From: Mantamonas sphyraenae STR306
Lineage: Eukaryota > Protista > CRuMs
Length of the DNA stretch: 64,000 bases
Reading direction: 5' to 3'
Assembly (NCBI GenBank): GCA_026936335.1
Contig: JAPMXV010000011.1
Location: forward strand, 226,544 to 290,543
Below the pieces are notes generated by a model that was given only the letters and a program-made list of their open reading frames with translations, was not told the DNA's origin and searched no databases. Within the stretch, counting starts at the first letter, position 1; the number at the start of each line of letters is the position of its first letter. This document shows positions 44,534 through 53,239 of the stretch, in pieces. The translations under genes and the position numbers were made by a program.

Positions 44534-44583
44534 AGGATGAATGGGAGTGGGAGTGGGGGGGGGAATGGACGGGATGATGGGGA

Positions 44584-44596
44584 CTGGGATTTTTAT
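44584..44596. repeat. 13-bp direct repeat, left copy (candidate target-site duplication)
   Basis: CTGGGATTTTTAT, identical to 52462-52474. Confidence 0.8.
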
Positions 44597-44845
44597 TCCT
44601 GTTTGCAAAACAGCGCGCGTTCAAGCGATGATCACGTCACACCCACGGCATCATGTCCACCCCCAATTGCAACAATGTTCGTTCACCCACAGTGTGTTCT
44701 TGTGTGAGTAGCTCGTCTTGCGCGTGGGAGGGGGTTGCAAACTCACATACGAATGTTTCCGGACAAATCTGCTTAGTGCCGGATTGAATTGTGTGACGAG
44801 TCCCTTGACACACACGAATGCGCAGGGACTCCGTCACACACACGC
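44597..44845 (-). ncRNA. Putative Fanzor omegaRNA scaffold
   Basis: Non-coding segment between the Fanzor stop (44846) and the element end. Stems: 44790-44805/44824-44840 (16 bp, one bulge), 44758-44762/44779-44783, 44703-44709/44741-44747, 44599-44604/44608-44613. The position matches known TnpB/Fanzor loci. Confidence 0.65.
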
Positions 44846-47800
44846 TCACGTACATGGCTGCAAGTGGGCCGGCCGTGCGCCGATGAGCGAATAGAGCAGA
44901 CCAACAGTGCCAATCTGCAAGGCCCCATTCACATCACGATCAACACAACGTCGACGGTATTCGGTGGTTGGGTTGATTGCGCTGATGAGCGACAAGCTGG
45001 CGCCAATGGCTGTGGTTCGGGTTCCCAGTGAGCGAAACTGGTCGCACTTACAGCGTTTGAGGCGGCCGTGCGGGCTGTTGGAGCCCAAGTCTGGCGCATA
45101 GGTCGTTTCGGCACCACACACATGGTGAGTCTTGGAGGTGTTGTACTCATTCACCCGCACCACCATTGAGGATCTGGAGATGAACTCGATGGCTGATTTG
45201 AACCCACCCGAGGATCCAGTCCATGTCACACTGCCCACAATGTACAATACTGTTCGTGCAGCTTGTTCTTTGCGAGGTTTTGCCACGTTTGCCATCATCT
45301 GCTGCGTCTGTGCGTGCTTGCCTGTGCGATGCAACTTGGCCACGGCTCCAGTCGGGTCTGCACCGCCCGCAGCATGACGCTCTACACTGTGTGCATGGTC
45401 GTCAATCTTTCTTGCGTGGTGTGGGAGCGTTGGCACTTTCCACCAGCGGCCAATCGTTTCGGAGCCATGTTGGACGTCGGTTGCCAGTTCGACACACACA
45501 ACGTTGGTGGCGTACGAGCCAGGGTCGATGAAGCACAGGCGCAGCCTGCGCAGAAGAGCGAGTGTCTCGCTGTACTGTGGTGGGGAAGTCGGATGGCGCA
45601 GCCGTACAGAGTGCAGGTCACCTCGGCACAGCTCACCGTCCCTGCTCAATCCAATGCCACTCTCCACAATCGAGTTGATGAGTCGCTCGCCTAGCGTGTG
45701 CTGAACTCGTCTTCTTCCAAACAGGCGACAAAGCCGGCAAATAGCGATCAGTTTGTCCCGTGGTTCTTCACACTGCAGCGACTTCAGGAGCGGTTGTGCG
45801 TATGCCAGAGAGCGATGGTGAGGCGATAGAAGCTCCAGCAAAGAGAAAGTGGCCTCCTGCCGTTGGGTTCCACGCGGCCACGTGGTGCGCAGTGTGGCTA
45901 GCGTGGACGGCACGTTCCAGGTTTGGCATTTGAGGATCTTGCCACACACGACGAGGGTCCCTGTCATGCGAGCCAGTGTGCGCAGAGACAGGTTGGCGAC
46001 GCGAGGGCATGCCAACATTGCCAGTGCCGGTGAGCTCGCCTGCCGTGCTTTTTGAAGTCCTTCGTCGGTGATTTCGTCGCCCAACAGAGTGTGCTTCGCG
46101 TACGCTTGCAGGTGACTCTGAACGCGTACGTGCTCCTCCGTATCCCCGCCCCATGCCCAGTCGTGCACTTGTGTGTTGGCATACTCAATTTCGTCGCCAC
46201 GATCGATGTGCAGGCCGGGAGGAAGTTGCAGCAAGCCAATGCTGAACATCCCCTTCAACGTGGTGGGAGTGAGACAAACATCGGGTGACAGGCTGCGGGG
46301 CTTTTGAGGCACGCCCACACCACGTCCAGACACATGTGCTGCAGCAAGCGCGACCCAATCCGCGGATCTGGTTTCACCGCTCTCTCGGCCGAAAAAGACG
46401 TCTGCGTTGCACATCCCAGCCGCATCCAAGGCTTCAAGCAGGTCGTCGGTTGCCTCCTTGTACACTGTGTCGTCGTCACCGTGTTTCTTCGGTCCAAAGG
46501 CGACGTTGAGGGCGGCGAGGCGGGCAGCAACGGCGACGGGGCCCTCGTCCAGTTTCTCGGCGATCGCTTCCACTGCTGTGTCACGTGGTAGTGCGTCGAA
46601 GTGGGGCTGCAGCTTCGCCAGAGTGTTGGCCAGCTGGAACCTCGTCAGCATTCCCTTCCACTCTCCGTGCAATTTCTGCGAGCTTTCTTGCAGAGCATAA
46701 TATGTTGCCGTCCACAGCGTCTCCCACATGTTTCGATTGTTGCGAGCTGGCAGGAGGTCCAGATCATCCAGATCCAACAGTACCGTAGCGTGATCATGCT
46801 CAGACAGGTCTGCCACGAGGTCGATGTGGTTGAAGACCAGCTCGTCCTCAAACCAATTGGAGCTTCGATCCCCCTTCAGCACAAGGAAACGTTGCTGGTC
46901 TTCTGCATCGCGTACAAGCTTCCTCAGAGACTGCAGCCACGACACAAGCTGTTTCTGCGAGTGAAAGAAGGCAGTATCGGCCGGCGAAGAGCCAGTGAAC
47001 CTGCTGTTGCTGCTGCTGCTGCTGCTGGCAACAACGTCATATCCGTCTTCCTCCATCTCGTCCTCTTCGTCGTCCTCTTCGTCGTCCTCTTCGTAGTCCT
47101 CGCTGTAGCAGCTGCCGGAGTCAGAGGAGTCTGATTCGGAAAAATCATCACCGCACACCCCCCCGCCCTCATGCTCTGTGGCGACACGCTGCCGCTTGTC
47201 CATCGACGACGTAGTCTGTATGCTCCGACGGCGCTTCTTGTTGTCTTGAAGCGTCTCTTCCTCGTCGCTCCACTCGTGGTCCTGTTGATCAGCAGCATCA
47301 ACATGTCCGCGAGGCCCACCAGCACTGCTGTGTGAGCGGAGGCTCATGCCGTGGTGTTCTTCCTGGGATAGAGCTCCAATGCTGTCGATCGCGCACACCA
47401 AGGTCGCGGTGGCAGCTCGTTCGAGACCGGCAACGGCCTGGCCGACTTGGAACATGGCATGTTCGCTGGCTTTGTCACCTGCGTGTGGACCAGCGAGTGT
47501 GACAGTGTGCTTGGGGTTCTTTGTAGACACACCGTACGCAGTCGTCTTGGCGGTCGGTCCCAGCGTGTGCTCCACAAGCTCCTTGGTGGCCCGCTCCACA
47601 TCGTGCTGCGCCAGCGGCGTGATTTCAGCCAACGTAGCTGTCACCTTGGTGGCCTTCTTCTCCAGTTTCTCCTCGTAGTCCCGGGCGTGCTTGTCACGTT
47701 GCTGCTTTTCTTTGCTCTGGGCCTCCCTCTCCTTCTCCGTTGAGACATACTTGCGCCGTACCAGCGTGTCGTGCAACGACTCTGCCACTGAGCATGCCAC

Positions 47801-50204
47801 CCCATGGACAAAGCAGTCTGCACCCAGCCTGACAAAGGTACACAGGTAGAGCGAACCCACATCCGCCTGGTCTGTGTGCACCTCGACACGCACGTGCTCC
47901 TTCACAGCGTGCAGCAGCGATGAGCTCTCGATCTCGCGCAACACCAAGGCGGCAGTGCGGACATCGTCAGGGTGCCCAAGCAGTACTTGGGACGCGCTGT
48001 CCTGTGCATCTTCCGTGCCCGTGCCAAATACCATCGTGTCCGCTTGGCTGATGAACGGCGGGTCAGGCGGGCGCGCATCTTGAACAATTTGCGCATCTTC
48101 GACACTGGATGTGGCGCTGGAGCTGGCGCTGTCCTCTGTTTCCATAGCATCGGTGTGGTCCTTGCTGTCGTTCTCGGCGTCTGTCAACGCCTGGTACAGG
48201 GGATGGCCGATGGCCGCTTCGAGATCGTGGATCTTGACGTTGATTTTCTCTCGTGCCTTGCCATTGCCTTTGCCTTTGCCTTTGCCCTTGCTCTTGCCTT
48301 TGCCCTTGCTCTTGCTCTTGCCTTTGCCCTTGCTCTTGCTCTTGCCTTTGCCCTTGCTCTTGTTCTTTCTCTTGCGTTTTCGGCCCGGTTGCGTAAGCGT
48401 GATTGTTTCGATCACCTCACCGCTTGCCAGGCCTCCATCATGGAACAGTACGTGTGCTCCCGCCTCGACCTCGTCGTTGCGAACGATGTATGCTTGCGCC
48501 GTGCCGTCGACGGCCACGTACAGCGTGTACCCGACAGTCGCCGTGGACACCCTGGTACACAGCTGCTCCAGCTCCTCCAGCCCGATGGTGGCGCCAAAGC
48601 ACACGCGGTCATGGATCAGACTCTCCAGCGTCCTGCTGGACATGCCCATACTGTTCACGGCCGTCCACAATCCATCCAAGTCTTCGGCGAGCGAGCTCTG
48701 CGACGGATTGCTCTCAGGATCGCCAATCTCCTCCAAACCGCCATTGTCGCTGCTCTCATTCTCCAAACCGATCTGCTGGCGCGCCAGCTCATAACGAGTA
48801 CCGTAAAGCTGCCAGTCTTCATCAGATGCGTCAGCCACGTGCTCGTCAAGCCAGGTGAACGTTCCGGGGTTCCGTGTGGAGGCCAAGCGGACGAAAAATG
48901 CCTTCGGGTTGTTGCGACACGCTTGCCCGGAGAGATCCATGTCGCTCGAGACTGCCGCGTGCGCAAGCGGCAGTGGAAGCCGCAGATAGGTGGTGGATAT
49001 GTCGCCACGGCCAGCGAGAACGGCAGCGACGGCGGTTGTGTGCCGCAACGCGGGTTCCACAGATGTCACGATCGCGTTCACAGGGTCGACGATGTGCAGT
49101 GTGCTCTCCACAAGCGGAGCACAGAAGTAAAAGTCAGAGTCTTGGGCAATCACGACGAACGCATCCACCTGCTGCTTGTCAATACTCGTGGCAAAGGTGT
49201 CCGTGATCGTTGCATCAGCACTCGTACCTTTGCGTCCGATCACCGTGACCCGCTCGTCCTTGGCGAAGTGTCTGGCCACAACCCCGTGAAGCACGGTGTA
49301 TGCCTCGTCCTTGGATCTGGGGCGCTGTTGGGAAGTGTGAGTCAGTGCCATGCAGCTGGTGAACTCGTCGGATGCACGCCGTGAGAGGGTTTTTTTTGCG
49401 TGCCCCTCCAGAAAACCAACCTCCTTGGCCCCGGCGAGTGTGGCGTTTACCATGGACTTGACGTTGTACAGCAGATGTGACGCTTGTTTTGGGTCCGCAC
49501 TATTGAACAGCGTGCCGTGACGATCAATGTGTAGCGAGAAGACGCAGCGTTCCACGATGGAGCCGATGGTATCCACAAGCGCACGCAGACGGAGGGCCAG
49601 CGACTCGCACTTTTGCTCAAAGTCAGTGTCACTCGCTTGCTTGCCTGTACTGAACAGTCTGTACTTGTAGTCTGTGTTGTGTACCGAGTCAGGAGGGACG
49701 AGAGGGCAAGGATTTTGCGGGCATCCAGCATGTGTGTCAATCACAAAGGCCGCGGTAGTAGCTTACAGAGATAACCAAGGTCAACAGCCACATGCAAAGG
49801 ACACTCGTCGTGCTTCTGGTTGGCAGCAGTCTGTACGTAAACCTGCCACACATGCTCCACACACATGGCAACGCGTTCGTCCACGTCCAAATCCTCGGCT
49901 TCTTCCTGTGCCTTCCAGACACTGCTCTGTCGCATGACGTGATTGCGCAGGGGGACCTTGCCTTGGATGTGCCTCTTGCGTAGGTAACTTCGCTCCCATT
50001 CCTCTCCGATGTCGGCTTTCTCGGCGTTAAGGATGGTGACGTCGACCACAGCAAAGACACCATTGAAAATGTGCGCGGTGTCGTCCAGCAGAGTGGCACT
50101 GGCCACATGTGGCTTGTGGAGCAAAGAGCGAACAGCAGACTGGCCCATGTCCCTTTGTGCCTTGCTCAGAGGAGAGCCAGCAGTGATGCCGCCGCTGCTG
50201 CCGC

Positions 50205-50236
<32 letters not shown>

Positions 50237-50238
50237 AT
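44846..50238 (-). CDS. PIN (XPG/FEN-like)-Fanzor fusion, ~1765 aa, exons 50238-49767, 49671-44846
   Basis: RuvC-I CFIDPG (D codon 45524-45526), shifted RuvC-II VNEYNTSK (E 45146-45148), Zn-ribbon-like HHVC..CKC, RuvC-III DRDVNGALQI (D 44933-44935), terminal RP motif. N-terminal PIN-like motifs VAVDLGYLY, HID, SAD, AQDSDF, LAGRGD. The intron GTAAGC..CCTGAC..CAG at 49766-49672 joins the two ORFs in frame. Alternative start at 50148. Confidence 0.85.
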
Positions 50239-51116
50239 TGTTCTTGACCAGCGTGCGCAAACAGACATAGCCGAGCACATGCACGAGGTGTATGTTGCGC
50301 AGATACGAGCATCTGACTGCAACGCAACGTCCACCCGGGTGTGCCCCTGGTGCCTTTTTTCCAGAGTCTCACGCATGCCAATTTCGTGGCGCAATCAGCC
50401 GATGTTCTCCTCACCAGCTACGCATGTGCCACTGTGAAGACAGGTTGGCGATGCTGGACATAGCCACACTTTCCTGAGGTGCTGCGGAGGATGTGCGCCA
50501 AAGGCTGCATGGGCTGCACCCATTCCTCACACTCGCCCACTCGTCCAGGGTCACAACGAACGACTTGCCTGAAACAGCAAGGCACAACGCCTGCCGTAGT
50601 CTGTGTCCCATCATGTGCTTCCAATGTGTCGACGAATTGGCCAAGCAAGGGTCGCCTTGCTCTGTGCCCATGCAATCACGTGCAAGATGACGCTGCACGA
50701 CAACCGGCTCGGTGAATCCATGTCGTATGCGCAGTAGGTGCACGCCGAATGGGCCACGGAGGCTACAACCTGGCCTAGGACGCCCGACGCTTGGCCGTTT
50801 GGGCACTGCCTCAACCTACTCCCCAGACCCAACACACTGAAGAAGCGAAAATCCTTGACGACCTCACCATCGCGTCTGTTCATTCGTAACACTCCTTTCA
50901 AGTGCACATCTCTGCACGTGTTCCAACGCCCCACCCCCCGCCGTTCTCAACCGAAGTACAACGAATCTCGAATCTCAATCTCACTTTGCACGCGGAGTTT
51001 GCTGGCGGCGGAGCACCCCTCTGCAATCATGGGCCCACTAAGACCTCACTCAAGGTGAGTACGGATTTTTCTAATACCCCATGCAGAGTGTGCTGCAGCC
51101 AGTCCACCGAAGATCA

Positions 51117-52138
51117 TCACATCCTGTACCCACAGTTGCGTCCCCACGCTCGCACATCGCGATTCGTAGTCATTCGCAGACAGTGCTCGATGGCAAATGG
51201 TGTGCACACGTCGACTCGTGCGTAATGCCGCCTGAGCATGGCCTTGAGCTTGCTGAACATAAATTCGATTGGATTCAAATGTGGGCTGTACGCGGGCAAG
51301 AACTCGACACGCACGCCAAACAATGCACACAGTGTAAGTACTTCACTTCCCTTGTGGATGCTACAGTTGTCCATCACCAGCATGCGCATGCCCTGTGCTT
51401 GCATCCGTGGAAGCAGTTTGAAGCGCAGAAAGTGCACAAAGTCACGACGTGAGTACGATCCGGTGAGCATGTCGAATGCCACAATGCCATTTCGAGCCCT
51501 TGCATTGATAGCTGCCAACAGAGAGATCCGTGACTGGCGTGCTTGCAAGGCGTGGACAACGGCGTCACAGCCGGCCCGTGCTCGGCCGTACCGTCTCCAG
51601 CAAGTGCGATTCTGCACTGCGCTCTCGTCCAGAAACACAATGTTGGCCATTGTCATGTCGATGTCGTGCCGCATCAGTCGCTCAAACTCCTGGCGTCGAC
51701 GACGCACGTGTGCAAGGCTGCGCTCGCGTGGGACAACTGCACACTGCTTGCGCGTCCATTTCATGCGCTTGAGGGCACGAAAGATGGTTGAAAGAGATGC
51801 ATGCACATGGCGCTGTTGGAACAGACGGCTCTGCAGCTCATCAAGGAACAGAGTGCAGTCCACGCGAAGCTCATCCTTCAGGAATGCATCATCAGCTGCT
51901 GCAAGCAGTCTTGGACGCCCTCCAGATCTGGGCAAGGGTGCCACGTGGTTCAGCCGTTGCAGCTGCTTGACATACTTGCGTACCGTGCTGGCTGCAACTT
52001 TCCAAATTCGAGCCGTTGCTGCAGCGGAGCGTCCGCTCTGAATGTGTCGTCCACCATACGTTGACGCAGTTCCAATGGAAGGGGATGACCAGGTGTGAAC
52101 ACCCCACCAAGTGAATTCACTTTGGTTTGAACCGGCAT
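51117..52138 (-). pseudogene. Tc1/IS630-family DD34E transposase with paired-like DNA-binding domain; 2-nt frameshift at ~52044-52045
   Basis: NIVFLDESA, LVMDNCSIHK, FLPAYSPHLNPIE, with 34 residues between the second D and E. The N-terminal 31 codons from ATG 52138 lie in a different frame from the rest. Confidence 0.9.
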
Positions 52139-52242
52139 TGTCGTTGTGCAATCGTTTGATTTTCTCGTCGAGCGGAGACGTGTGGAAACACCAAGAACAA
52201 AGAAAAGCATGGGTGTGTGGACAGTGAACGTAGCTTGTTATA

Positions 52243-52274
52243 TCATGGTGTCCCGTGTTTATGTCATGGTGTCC
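52243..52274. repeat. Two direct copies of TCATGGTGTCC (52243-52253, 52264-52274), candidate transposase-binding sites
   Basis: Exact 11-bp repeat with a 21-bp period, ~105 bp upstream of the transposase ATG. Confidence 0.55.
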
Positions 52275-52461
52275 ATCACCGTCCAGGGTGGACCACCTCT
52301 ACGCGTGCCAAATCGGAGAGAGCAAAGCTGATTGAAGAAGATATCGCCATGTGGAACATGCACAGTATGGAATACGACCAAAAATTGCATTTGAGCTGGA
52401 ATTAAACGAGCTGGGGTGCATACCAGGGCGTTGCACGAAAGAGTCGCTCAATTGAAAACGC

Positions 52462-52474
52462 CTGGGATTTTTAT
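52462..52474. repeat. 13-bp direct repeat, right copy (overlaps the CSL4 stop codon)
   Basis: CTGGGATTTTTAT, identical to 44584-44596. Confidence 0.8.
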
Positions 52475-53232
52475 GTTGATTCTTGTTCCATGGCGGAGGA
52501 GGTGGTGGTGGTAGAGGAGGAGGAGGAGGAGGAGGAGGATGATGATGATGATGACGATGAGGGCTGCTTGGCAACCTTGCGAGACTCGGTTTGGTTTGTT
52601 TTGGGGCAGCGCATGGTCTGGTAGTCTACAGGGACCATGGTCTCGCCGGCCATGCTGGTGGCAAAGATGACGCCGAGCTGGTCTTCGGCGGTGGTGAGGT
52701 AGAAGAAGCGGGAGTCGCCGAGGGAGAGGACGCGTGCGCGGACAATGTCGGAGGGGCGGAAACACTTGTAGAGCTCGACCTTGTCGATCTCGGTGGAGCG
52801 GACGTCTTGGAAACGAATGATGCCACCAAAGGTTTCGCGGAGGGCCTTTGTGCCGACGCAGAGGATGGCGACGGAGGCGAAGCGGGGATTGACTTTTGTA
52901 ATGCGCACTGTGACGAGGCTGCCGATGTCTGGGACGACCTGCTGCTGCTTGCTGGGGTTGATGACGGAGATGGTGGTGCGGGGAGAGGAGTCTTGGAGGT
53001 CGTCGGTGTCGGCGTCGTCGGTGTCGGCGTCCACGTCGGCGTCGGCGTCGGCATCCGCGGACGAGGCAGAGGCGTCGGCGTGACGGTTCACATAGCCCGT
53101 GATGGATGCGTAGATCCACTTGCGGCGGATGTAGGTGCCGTCGCCAGCAATGATGTCTGCAGACGCACGCTGGATGCGGTGACCCGGTGTGACCCAGAGC
53201 TGGTCTTCGGAGAAAGATGAGTCAAGCTCCAT
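52471..53232 (-). CDS. CSL4: Exosome complex component CSL4/EXOSC1
   Basis: VTPGHRI...GDGTY...IYASITG; S1 domain GIIRFQDVRSTEIDKVELYKCFRPSDIVRARVLSLGD...LGVIFA; CPKTNQTESRKVAK. Confidence 0.95.
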   Translation of the reverse strand: MELDSSFSEDQLWVTPGHRIQRASADIIAGDGTYIRRKWIYASITGYVNRHADASASSADADADADVDADTDDADTDDLQDSSPRTTISVINPSKQQQVVPDIGSLVTVRITKVNPRFASVAILCVGTKALRETFGGIIRFQDVRSTEIDKVELYKCFRPSDIVRARVLSLGDSRFFYLTTAEDQLGVIFATSMAGETMVPVDYQTMRCPKTNQTESRKVAKQPSSSSSSSSSSSSSSSSTTTTSSAMEQEST

Positions 53233-53239
53233 GTGCAGG

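Larger units (their letters stand above)
44597..52461 (-). mobile_element. ~7.9 kb Tc1/IS630-associated Fanzor element (transposase + PIN-Fanzor + putative omegaRNA)
   Basis: Carries a DD34E transposase and a TnpB-like RuvC gene in the same orientation. It is bounded by the direct repeat CTGGGATTTTTAT (44584-44596, 52462-52474) and lacks the strong G-richness of both flanks. Confidence 0.85.

Noticed and set aside
44597-44700. Terminal inverted repeats matching 52150-52461
   Set aside because: Only short scattered matches were found (CGTTCAC, TGTTCTTG), not a convincing TIR.
49741-49766. Stop or frameshift between the 217-aa and 1632-aa ORFs read as pseudogenisation
   Set aside because: It lies inside a canonical 95-nt intron whose removal restores the frame and a PIN motif.
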